From Corallococcus macrosporus (GTDB lineage Bacteria; Myxococcota; Myxococcia; Myxococcales; Myxococcaceae), in contig NZ_JAFIMU010000004.1 in the NCBI RefSeq assembly GCF_017302985.1, positions 816,869-848,868 on the forward strand: DNA of 32,000 nt, read 5' to 3'. A program made the translations under genes and the position numbers. This document shows positions 1 to 7,774 of this stretch, piece by piece; the first letter of the stretch is position 1; each line of letters opens with the position of its first letter. A model generated the notes under the pieces. That model was not told where the DNA came from. It ran no database searches and was given only the letters and a program-made list of their open reading frames with translations.

Positions 1-316
1 CCAGCTCGCCCTGGAGGAACGCCTCGAAGATGGCCCCCACCCCTCGCATGCCGAAGGGGGCGAGTTCCGCAGCGCGCAGGGCCCCCATGCTGGCGCTGCC
101 GTAGACGTGGATGCCCTCTGACATGGCCCAGAGGAGCTCCTTGTGCCACACGGCGGGGACTCGCTCGAAGTAGCCGTCGATGAGGCCCAGAGCCTGGGGG
201 TGCTCGCGCGCGGCCCGGTACACGTCCCCCTGGGCCGCGGGAGGGAGGAACACGGCGTCGAGTTCCCGCTGTCCTTCCTCGGCGCGGAGGGTGGGGCCGG
301 CGAAGATGTAGATCAT
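1..316 (-). CDS. TfuA-like protein, cassette 1, partial (runs off the left window edge)
   Basis: Not in the supplied ORF track. Translating the - strand from ATG at 316 gives MIYIFAGPTLRAEEGQRELDAVFLPPAAQGDVYRAAREHPQALGLIDGYFERVPAVWHKELLWAMSEGIHVYGSASMGALRAAELAPFGMRGVGAIFEAFLQGEL, nearly co-linear with the N-terminus of the TfuA-like protein at 7775..9124. ATGA overlap with the upstream YcaO stop. Confidence 0.93.
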   Translation of the reverse strand, partial: MIYIFAGPTLRAEEGQRELDAVFLPPAAQGDVYRAAREHPQALGLIDGYFERVPAVWHKELLWAMSEGIHVYGSASMGALRAAELAPFGMRGVGAIFEAFLQGEL

Positions 317-1560
317 GAGAGGCGCGCCTCCATGAGCCGGCGGGCGCGGCGCCCCGGAACGTACCCGGGCGCGTCGTGGAGGGACTCCAGGCCGGGAATC
401 ACCACCCGCGCCACCGGAATCTGGAACGCGGGCTTGGTGAGGTCCACGAGCACCACCTGGTCGAGCCCCACTGAGCCCAGGCGTTCCAGCTCCCAGGCCA
501 CGTCCTCATCGAAGCTGGCCCCCTCGAAGGTCGGGACGTCCTGGAAGCGCCGCTCGGCCTCCGGCTCACGCATCAGCGCCTGGACGCGCTGCGCGAGCAC
601 CGGATCCTGCAAGACATTGTAGGACCGGGCCACCGAGAGATCATCGCGTGACCCGGAGATGAGCGTGGCCCGGACCTGGGCCGCCTCGGTGAGCGCTCGG
701 AGGAGGGCCACCTGGCGGGTGGGATGGCAGCCCATTCCCGACGTCGGGTAGAGCGGGCGGAAGGGCTCCGGCTCTCGCTCGGCGCACATGCAGAGGAAGG
801 CGGGCAGGCCCACATCCGAGGTTGTCTCCCAGACAGCCACGTCCACTCCGGCCCGGTCGAACTTCTCCAGCACTGCGTTACAGTCCGGATCCTCCACCGT
901 CCCCAGGTCGAGCCGGGTCCGCCGCCTTGCCTCCGGAGTTTGCAGGTGCCAGAGGGTGGTGGCGTCACGCTCCACCACCTCGCAGATGCCGTGACTAAGG
1001 GCCTCCAGGAGGTGGTTGCCCGAGGACAGCCCGTTGGAGCTCATGAAGAAGGCGCCGCTACCCGAGGGAAGCGGCAGGGTGTAGTCGGTGTGGACCAGCT
1101 CGAAGGGCAGCCACACCGGCGTGTTTCCCCGCAGCTCGTGCCCCTGGATCCACAGGAGCCGCTGGGAGGGCTGGAAGTCGTTGACCGACAGCCGGGGGAG
1201 CCCGCCGACGTCCACTAGCGGGTGGGAGAAGCGCAGCTCCTGGTAGCTCGCGAGAAGGAGGGGGAGGGTGATGTGCTCGGCATGGTACGTCTCCACGGCC
1301 TCCATCAGCCCGGAGGCCTTGGCTGCGTCCAGGTCCAGGCCCTTACCCTGGGAGACCGCGAGGGACCGCGAGTTGGGCCGGCAGACCGTGACCACCGGAA
1401 TGCCCAGCCGGTCCAGCCCCGTGATGTTGGCGATGCGGGTGATGCCCATGACCGCCATCAGGGGGCGCACCCGCCGCAGCGTCTCCTCGGGAGGAATCAG
1501 CCGGTGCGTTCCCGCCCGGTGGTGCTTGGGGGCCTGGGGCCCGGGAGGGAAGACACGCAT
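313..1560 (-). CDS. YcaO family protein (TfuA-associated YcaO), cassette 1
   Basis: 415 aa. YcaO signature segments SGLMEAVETYHAEH and LLEALSHGICEVVERDA (acidic ATP/Mg-binding residues). Full-length paralog of 9121..10365. Adjacent to TfuA. Confidence 0.95.
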   Translation of the reverse strand: MRVFPPGPQAPKHHRAGTHRLIPPEETLRRVRPLMAVMGITRIANITGLDRLGIPVVTVCRPNSRSLAVSQGKGLDLDAAKASGLMEAVETYHAEHITLPLLLASYQELRFSHPLVDVGGLPRLSVNDFQPSQRLLWIQGHELRGNTPVWLPFELVHTDYTLPLPSGSGAFFMSSNGLSSGNHLLEALSHGICEVVERDATTLWHLQTPEARRRTRLDLGTVEDPDCNAVLEKFDRAGVDVAVWETTSDVGLPAFLCMCAEREPEPFRPLYPTSGMGCHPTRQVALLRALTEAAQVRATLISGSRDDLSVARSYNVLQDPVLAQRVQALMREPEAERRFQDVPTFEGASFDEDVAWELERLGSVGLDQVVLVDLTKPAFQIPVARVVIPGLESLHDAPGYVPGRRARRLMEARLS

Positions 1561-2393
1561 CAGACCCTCTCAGGTGGGCTCGCGGTCTGGCCTTGGCCTT
1601 CCCCGACCTGGGGCGCGGCCTTGGGGTTGGAGCTCAGCTCCGCGGCCTTCTTGCTCCCGAGTTTGAGGGAGGCCAGGTTCAGCAGGAAGCATGAGCAGCC
1701 AACGGTTGGCAGGAAGGGAATGTCCGCGAGGACCGCGCCCAGCCCCACCATGAGCTTGGGGGCACTGGCCAAATCATCGGGAAGCGTCCGGTACCGGTAG
1801 TCGTCGTACTTCAGCCAGTAGAAATCCCCCTTCTCGCTGAAGATGATCAGGTCCTTATCGCCAATCAGGGTCTTCTGCCCAGTCCCGGGGAGCAGGGGCT
1901 CCTGCTCGACGTATTCGAGCAAGGCCTTGTCTTTCTTGACGCGCTTGTTGATCTGCCTTCGCTTTCCCGCCTTTTCCCGGTCGTTGACGAGGGAAGCCAG
2001 ATTCAACACGATGCACGCGATTCCCTTTGTCAGACAATGGAATTCATCCATTTCGAAGGACTGGAGGTCCGCTGCCACGGCACCCAGCCCTACGACGAAC
2101 TCCGGTGCGGCCCAGAGCGACGGCGGGAGCGGGGTGGCTGCATAGGCTTGCTGGGGGGCCACGTAATACTTTCCGTCCTCGCCGAAGATGATCAAGTCAT
2201 TCTGCAGGAGTTGCATTGGCGCCGATTGCGCCCGCGCGTCGCTGACTGGCGGGGAGGGGGCCTCGGCGGGAGGGCCATCCGGAGGGGCGGCTGTGTATCC
2301 GCCGGTCCTGCTACGTGAGCGCTGGCGTCTGGACGCTCCCCCGTGGCTTCGGGCGCTCTGGAAGCCGAACTTGATATCTTTTATAAAACCCAT
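1560..2393 (-). CDS. Candidate YcaO substrate protein with two tandem NLASL modules (no recognised family)
   Basis: 277 aa with an internal duplication: LLQNDLIIFGEDGKYYV...VVGLGAVAADL...KGIACIVLNLASL and LIGDKDLIIFSEKGDFYWLKYDDY...LMVGLGAVLADIPFLPTVGCSCFLLNLASLK. Strong RBS (TCAGGAGGAGTC) 5' of ATG 2393. TGATG overlap with the YcaO start. The CDS call is strong; the substrate role is inference. Confidence 0.85.
   Translation of the reverse strand: MGFIKDIKFGFQSARSHGGASRRQRSRSRTGGYTAAPPDGPPAEAPSPPVSDARAQSAPMQLLQNDLIIFGEDGKYYVAPQQAYAATPLPPSLWAAPEFVVGLGAVAADLQSFEMDEFHCLTKGIACIVLNLASLVNDREKAGKRRQINKRVKKDKALLEYVEQEPLLPGTGQKTLIGDKDLIIFSEKGDFYWLKYDDYRYRTLPDDLASAPKLMVGLGAVLADIPFLPTVGCSCFLLNLASLKLGSKKAAELSSNPKAAPQVGEGQGQTASPPERV
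1665..1865 (-). repeat. NLASL module copy 2 (protein-level repeat, aa 177-243)
   Basis: IGDKDLIIFSEKGDFYWLKYDDYRYRTLPDDLASAPKLMVGLGAVLADIPFLPTVGCSCFLLNLASL. Manual alignment. Confidence 0.88.
1989..2210 (-). repeat. NLASL module copy 1 (protein-level repeat, aa 62-135)
   Basis: LLQNDLIIFGEDGKYYVAPQQAYAATPLPPSLWAAPEFVVGLGAVAADLQSFEMDEFHCLTKGIACIVLNLASL. Manual alignment to copies 2 and 3. Confidence 0.85.
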
Positions 2394-2435
2394 TGCTTGA
2401 CTCCTCCTGACTCCTCACCCGCCGCCGAACGTGGG

Positions 2436-3176
2436 TCACGCATTGCTCTCGGGACGGACGTTGGGACGGCTCAGAAGCGGGGAGAACTGGTAGTGGCGTG
2501 AGACGTTGCGGAAGATGTGCTGATCCTGTGTGCCAAGGTTGTTGAGCTCGAAGTAGTCCTGGTTGTCTGAAAGCTGCATCATCAGGTACTCCAGGTCCTC
2601 GGTCTCTCTGAAATCCCAGATGTTCAAGATTTCGAATTCGTTGCTGGTTTCGCTTATTTTCTGTCCCGCGACGATCAGCCTGAGGCCATTCTGAAGAAAG
2701 ACCGGCAGCAGACGTCTCTTCAGCTCTGAGAACCTATCGACCTTCTTCTCTGAGTCCACCGTGATGGTTGTGTAGAGGAGATAGGGTTCCAGCATCGCTT
2801 CATGGGACATGCGGGAGTTGATGTAGCTCATCTGGGTGAAGTAGTGAGTTTCCAGGTCTGTCTTGTTGTCTGGAACGAGTCCCAGGATCTGCTTCTGGAA
2901 GGGCAGTGGCTGTCGATGGTCTCCGTTGCCAAACATTGTCGTGAGGGTCTCCGAGCAGGCCCCCCGTCTGTCGATGTAGTAGATCTCGATCAGCCGCTCG
3001 GGGTTGCCAGTCAGCGCGGCGCCCTTGATCTGGCGGATCCAATCAATGGAAGGCTGTTCGAGGTACCGCTTCCGTACCTGGGTCGCCAGCAGGTAGCGCA
3101 GCATCTGCCCTTTCTTGGGTTTGCCGGTGAATTGCACGTAGTCGACAAGGTCTACATTGCTGTCGTTGATTTCCAT
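2436..3176 (-). CDS. Conserved ~246 aa protein, putative ferredoxin-like / NIPSNAP-like alpha-beta barrel, cassette 1
   Basis: 246 aa, RBS GAAGGAAGC before ATG 3176. Shares VDRFSELKRRLLPVFLQNGLRLIVAG...ILNIWDFRE..DLEYLMMQL..NQDYFELN with LSRFSEIMTEILPAFQDNGWTLLAAG...VMHLWRLKDANALDQMMHKL..VIPYAELN in 10818..11555. The fold call is inference from pattern. Confidence 0.75.
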   Translation of the reverse strand: MEINDSNVDLVDYVQFTGKPKKGQMLRYLLATQVRKRYLEQPSIDWIRQIKGAALTGNPERLIEIYYIDRRGACSETLTTMFGNGDHRQPLPFQKQILGLVPDNKTDLETHYFTQMSYINSRMSHEAMLEPYLLYTTITVDSEKKVDRFSELKRRLLPVFLQNGLRLIVAGQKISETSNEFEILNIWDFRETEDLEYLMMQLSDNQDYFELNNLGTQDQHIFRNVSRHYQFSPLLSRPNVRPESNA

Positions 3177-3216
3177 TGCTTCCTTCTCCCGAATCCAAGG
3201 GCTGATGGATGGAGCG

Positions 3217-4137
3217 TCATCCCCGCGCTTCCTCTTGCGCCAGGGGCTGTCCGGCCAGCACCCGTTCCACGAAGTCCGCGACCGGGCGGGGGCGTACCGG
3301 AATGGCGTCCATCGCCGGGCGCGGGTCGAGTTCGCAGCCGAGCGCGAGGTTGAGCATCAGCGCGGCGAAGGAGCGCTGGAGGGGGTCCGTGGTGGCTTCG
3401 TACTGCTCGCGGAGCGCGGACTCGGGGACGTACTCACGCTCCCAGGCCCGGCCGCTCCGCTCCTCGAACAGGCGCACCACCTGGAGCTGACCTACCGCCT
3501 CCTCGGCTCCGAGCTCGAGCACGGCGCCCCAGGCACGAGGGGTGTCCAGCGCTCCGGCGGCGAACCGGGCCACGTCCTCGAGGGTGATCCAGTTCACCCG
3601 TCCCTCTCCCGTTCCCAGGACGCGGGCCCGGGCCTTCACGGCGTCGAAGCCCATGGCCGCGCTCAGCCAGACGTCGCTGAAGAAGGTGGGACGCAGGAGG
3701 GTGGTGCGGGGGAATCCGCCGCGCAGCACCTCCTGCTCCACCGCGCGCTTGGCGTCCTGGAGCGGGAAGTTCCCCTGGAGCGGCGGGAAGGAGACGAACA
3801 CGAAGTGCTCCACCCCCGCGCGCCGTGCCGCCTCCACGAGGGCAAGCTGGCCTTCCAGGTCGACGGACTGGATGGAATCTCCCGGCTGCCTCGACAGCAT
3901 GCACGACGCTGTCGTGATGACTGCTTGCGCGCCCGCGCAGAGCGCGTCGAGCGACGCGGGCTGCTTCAGGTCTCCCGGGTGCGTCTCCACGCCCAGGCGC
4001 TTCAGCCGCTCGACACGGCGGGAGTCCGAGGTTGGCCGGACGAGGGCCCGGACCCGAGCGCCGCCAGCCCGCAGTTGCTGACAGACCGTTCCCCCCAACA
4101 TCCCCGTGCCGCCGGCCACGGCGGTGATTCCTCTCAT
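3217..4137 (-). CDS. NmrA-like / atypical SDR NAD(P)-binding protein
   Basis: MRGITAVAGGTGMLGGTVCQQLRAGGARVRALVRPTSD has a Rossmann GxxGxxG-like motif (AGGTGMLG); VEHFVFVSFPP and the LRPTFFSDVW region fit the NmrA family. ATG at 4137 with AGGAGAGGA RBS, 11 nt after the kinase stop. Confidence 0.88.
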   Translation of the reverse strand: MRGITAVAGGTGMLGGTVCQQLRAGGARVRALVRPTSDSRRVERLKRLGVETHPGDLKQPASLDALCAGAQAVITTASCMLSRQPGDSIQSVDLEGQLALVEAARRAGVEHFVFVSFPPLQGNFPLQDAKRAVEQEVLRGGFPRTTLLRPTFFSDVWLSAAMGFDAVKARARVLGTGEGRVNWITLEDVARFAAGALDTPRAWGAVLELGAEEAVGQLQVVRLFEERSGRAWEREYVPESALREQYEATTDPLQRSFAALMLNLALGCELDPRPAMDAIPVRPRPVADFVERVLAGQPLAQEEARG

Positions 4138-4148
4138 GGTTCCTCTCC

Positions 4149-7100
4149 TCACAGATACCGCCAGCTCCGCGCGGACGCGGTGGCGCGCTCCAGGGACTCC
4201 CGCGTCGCCTTCCGCTGGCCTTCAGTCCAAACATGGATCGCCTTCTCCAATTGGGAAGACAGCGCTTCCGGGAGCCGCTGTTGGGTCGGGTCCAGCAGGG
4301 CACGCGCATGCTCCACTGCCTCCGTGAGGAATTGGCGCTGGAGCGCGATCGCCAGGAGCACCCACAATCCCTGCCATTGAAAGGGATAGGGGTAGATGGC
4401 GGAGAGCTTGCGCCAGCACTCCAGGGCCGCCCGGGCCTCCTGTTCGGCGTCGTCCAGCCGTTGCTCCCGCCAGGCCACCCACGCCTGGCTGGCCCGGGCC
4501 GCTCCCACGTAGTCCGTCATCCGGGCCATGGCCGCCACGTCCAGGCTTCGTGCGCTGGACTCCCGGGTGCGGTCGACGAGCCCTCGCCGGCGGTACACCA
4601 GGGTCAGGTAGGTGAGCAGGCGCGACTGGAGCGTCAGGTCTCCTGTCTCTTCCGCCAGCCGCAGCCCGGCGAGGCCCTGTTCCTCCGCCAGGTCCAGCGC
4701 TCCGGACAGGACCAGGGTGAACGCATGACAGAAGAGGGCCAGCGCCTGGGTGGAGAGGTCCTCCGCGGTCCTGGCGGCCTCCACCGCCAGGCGGCCGTAC
4801 TCCACCATCTGGGGGGAGATGGCGTAGCGCTCCTGCCGGAAGCACGTGTTCGCGAACACGACGAAGAAGCGGGCGCGCTGCGCGCCCGTTCCGTAGGTCT
4901 CCAGCACCGGGCGCACCCGCTCCACGAGCGCGCCCATCGCCTCCCGGTCATCCTGCCAGTACAGGGTCCAGTGCAGGTCCTCCTGGAGTTGCAACCACTC
5001 CTGCCACCAGGTCCGCGCCGCTGGCGCTGTCGTGTCCTCCGCCTTGGGCGGGGTGCCCAGGGCCGCCTCGGCATCCGCGTACGCGCGCAGCGCCTCTTCG
5101 TGCCGGTGGTGTGTCTCCCAGGTCTTGCCCACCCTGCGAAGGATGCTGGCCCGGTGCACCTGCCCCTCCACCGGAAGGCAGGCCAGCGCCTCGCCATAGG
5201 CCGTGCGCGCTTCTTCCTGCCGCCCGGTCAGCGCAAGCACGTCCGCGAGGCTTTCGTGGATGGGTAGAAAGGACGGCCTCCCGCCCGGGGGCGCGTCCTT
5301 CGCCCGGGCGCGGTGCGCGCGCGCTTCAGCCAGCGCGGCACGATACGAGGTGATGGCTTCGCCATTGGCATGGGTGGCCCGGGCGCGGTCCGCGGCCCGG
5401 CGGAAGTAGTCGCTGGCCCGGTCGGGGACCCCCGCCCTGGACCAGTGGTTGGCCAGGCTGGAGAAGAGCAGGTCGAAGTCGCGCGCATGCTGGTGCCGCT
5501 GCTCGATGACCTCGGCGGCGCGGCGGTGGAGCTGGCGCGCGCGCTCCGGAGGAATGCGGGCGTAGGAAATCTCGCGCAGCTTGTCGTGGAGGAAGCGCAG
5601 CCGCCCTCCCGCGCCCCTTTCGAGGATCTGCCGCACTCGCAGCGTCTGCAGCGCCTCCAGGGCCAGCGCCTGCTTCAGCGGCGCCGCGGACAGCAACACC
5701 TCCACGTCACACTCACGGCCGAGCACGGCCGCGAACTCCATGAGCGCCTGCGCCGGGGGTGGGAGGTCCCGCAGGCGCCGCTGGATGATCTCCGCGATGA
5801 AGAGGGGCAGGCCCATGCCGTCGAGCGAGGCGCGGGGCTGGCCCTGCTCTTCCAGGCGCCACTGGCCCCATTCGTCGCGGTGGAGCAGCCCCTCCGTGAT
5901 GGCGGCCCTCAGGTACTCCGCGATGAAGAAGGGATTGCCCTCGGCCTGGTGCACCAGCCCGTCGAAGTCCTTCGGCAGCGTGTGCAGCGCGAGCATTCCA
6001 CCGACCATGGACCGGATGCCCTGCTCGTCGAGCAGCTCCAGCTCCAGGTGGAGGGCTCCGGACATGGACACCACTTCGTCCAGCACTCCGCCGCGCTCCT
6101 CCATGCGGTAGGTCCCCAGCAGGAGCACACCCCGTTCGACCAGCTCCTCGTGCCGCAGCTGCTGGAGGAAGCCCAGGGACATCTCGTCCGCCCACTGGAG
6201 GTCATCGATGATGATCAGCAGCGGGTCCTCCTCTGCGAAGGCGAAGAGGACCTCCCTCAGGGCCGCGAAGATGCGGGCGCGCGCGGCCGCGGCGTTCGCG
6301 GGGGGCGGAGGCACGGGCAGCTCCCGCTGGCCGGGCAGGTCCTCCAGGGCGGGCTCATAGGCGACCAGGACCTTCCCCTGGGACCCGAGCAACCGTGCCG
6401 TCTCCTCCGGGCCTCCCTGACGGCAGTGGTCCGCGACCGCGGCGAGCAGGGGGCGGAAGGGATGAAGGGGAGGGGCCTTCATGTCCGTGTCGGCCTGCGG
6501 ACCGGAGAGGCCGAGCGGGATGCACTCGCATGTCACCACGGGGAGCTCCCGGGCGCGGGCTTCGCGGGCCAGCTCCAGCGCCAGCCGGGTCTTGCCGACT
6601 CCGCTGCCGCCGCCAATGAAGATTCCTCCTCCATTGCGAGCAAGCCGCTCGCGGAGGCGGCGCATGGTGTCCTCCCTCCCCGTGAAGAGCGGGCGGTAGA
6701 GGTAGGGCCGGCTCTCAGGCAGTCCCGCTGGCTCAGGGGCCTCGACCCCCAGCTCCGACAGCGCCCGGGCCACGTCGTCGGCGTAGCCGAGCCGGTCCTC
6801 GGGCTGCTTCGCGAGGAGCGTGAGGATGAGCCACTCCAGCTGTACCGGAAGCCGCTCCTCGGTGAGCTGTGAAGGCGGGGTCGGGGGCTCGCGCAGGTGC
6901 CGCTTGCGGATGACACGGCTTGAGCTTCCGAAGAAGGGAACGAAGCCGGTCACGCATTCATACAGGATGCACCCCAGGGAGTAGAGGTCGGCGCGGGCGT
7001 CCACGAGGTCGGCACGAATCTGCTCGGGCGCCATGTACAGGAGCGTGCCCAACCCGGCGTTGCCAGCCTGGAGGCTCTCCCGCCCGAAGGGCCCGCCAAA

Positions 7101-7676
7101 CAGCGCCGCCACCCCGAAGTCCCCGAGGACCACGCTCCCATCGGGCTGGATGAAGATGTTGCCGGGCTTGAGGTCGCAGTGAACGAGACCGCAGCCGTGC
7201 AGGTAGGCCAGGGGCGCGCACAGCTGTCGCACGACCTTCAGCAACGGGCGGGAGGGCAGGGACGTGGCGTGCGAGTCCTCCACGGACCGCCCGGCGGTGA
7301 CCCTCGGAGCGCGGGAGGACTGGCCGAAGGACAGGCTGTGGTGCTCTTCGAGGACCTGCCTGAACGTGCGGCCCTCCAGCAATCCCATCGCATACCAGGG
7401 GAGCCCGCCGGACATGCCGTGGTCGAGGATCCGCACGATGCCCGGGTGATGGATCCGGATGAGCGCCTGGATCTCCCTCCGGAGGCTGGCCAGGGTCTCG
7501 GTGCCCGTGACGCGGACCGTCTTCAAGGCCGCGCGCTGACCTGTCACGCGATGCTGGCCCAGGTAGACGATGCCCATGCCCCCATGGCCGAGGATTCCCT
7601 GGACCTGATAGGGCCCCATCCACCGGGGCATTCCAGGGCGTGCCTCCTCCAGCACCCAGGACTCGTGCTCGCTCAT
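4149..7676 (-). CDS. Serine/threonine protein kinase with AAA_16-type ATPase and TPR-like C-terminal region (PknK-like architecture)
   Basis: Kinase motifs ILGHGGMGIVYLG, AALKTV, LVHCDLKPGNIF, DFGVAALFG, MAPEQIRADLVDARADLYSLGCILYE. ATPase P-loop IGGGSGVGKTRLA and PLLIIIDDLQWAD. Helical-repeat C-terminus. RBS GGGGAGGAGTC before ATG 7676. Confidence 0.95.
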   Translation of the reverse strand: MSEHESWVLEEARPGMPRWMGPYQVQGILGHGGMGIVYLGQHRVTGQRAALKTVRVTGTETLASLRREIQALIRIHHPGIVRILDHGMSGGLPWYAMGLLEGRTFRQVLEEHHSLSFGQSSRAPRVTAGRSVEDSHATSLPSRPLLKVVRQLCAPLAYLHGCGLVHCDLKPGNIFIQPDGSVVLGDFGVAALFGGPFGRESLQAGNAGLGTLLYMAPEQIRADLVDARADLYSLGCILYECVTGFVPFFGSSSRVIRKRHLREPPTPPSQLTEERLPVQLEWLILTLLAKQPEDRLGYADDVARALSELGVEAPEPAGLPESRPYLYRPLFTGREDTMRRLRERLARNGGGIFIGGGSGVGKTRLALELAREARARELPVVTCECIPLGLSGPQADTDMKAPPLHPFRPLLAAVADHCRQGGPEETARLLGSQGKVLVAYEPALEDLPGQRELPVPPPPANAAAARARIFAALREVLFAFAEEDPLLIIIDDLQWADEMSLGFLQQLRHEELVERGVLLLGTYRMEERGGVLDEVVSMSGALHLELELLDEQGIRSMVGGMLALHTLPKDFDGLVHQAEGNPFFIAEYLRAAITEGLLHRDEWGQWRLEEQGQPRASLDGMGLPLFIAEIIQRRLRDLPPPAQALMEFAAVLGRECDVEVLLSAAPLKQALALEALQTLRVRQILERGAGGRLRFLHDKLREISYARIPPERARQLHRRAAEVIEQRHQHARDFDLLFSSLANHWSRAGVPDRASDYFRRAADRARATHANGEAITSYRAALAEARAHRARAKDAPPGGRPSFLPIHESLADVLALTGRQEEARTAYGEALACLPVEGQVHRASILRRVGKTWETHHRHEEALRAYADAEAALGTPPKAEDTTAPAARTWWQEWLQLQEDLHWTLYWQDDREAMGALVERVRPVLETYGTGAQRARFFVVFANTCFRQERYAISPQMVEYGRLAVEAARTAEDLSTQALALFCHAFTLVLSGALDLAEEQGLAGLRLAEETGDLTLQSRLLTYLTLVYRRRGLVDRTRESSARSLDVAAMARMTDYVGAARASQAWVAWREQRLDDAEQEARAALECWRKLSAIYPYPFQWQGLWVLLAIALQRQFLTEAVEHARALLDPTQQRLPEALSSQLEKAIHVWTEGQRKATRESLERATASARSWRYL

Positions 7677-7774
7677 GACTCCTCCCCTGTCGTGTGCAAG
7701 CGCTCGCGCACGCGCGGCGCCTCTCACGGATCAGGGTGGTGATGGCGGGACGGCCTTGCCTCGCTCTGCCTCTT

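Noticed and set aside
3157-6872. Long + strand ORFs (3157..4380, 4233..5267, 5313..6872) opposite the NmrA and kinase genes
   Set aside because: Antisense shadow ORFs typical of high-GC coding DNA. The - strand products have clear family motifs; the + strand ones are Arg/Gly/His-rich with no motifs.
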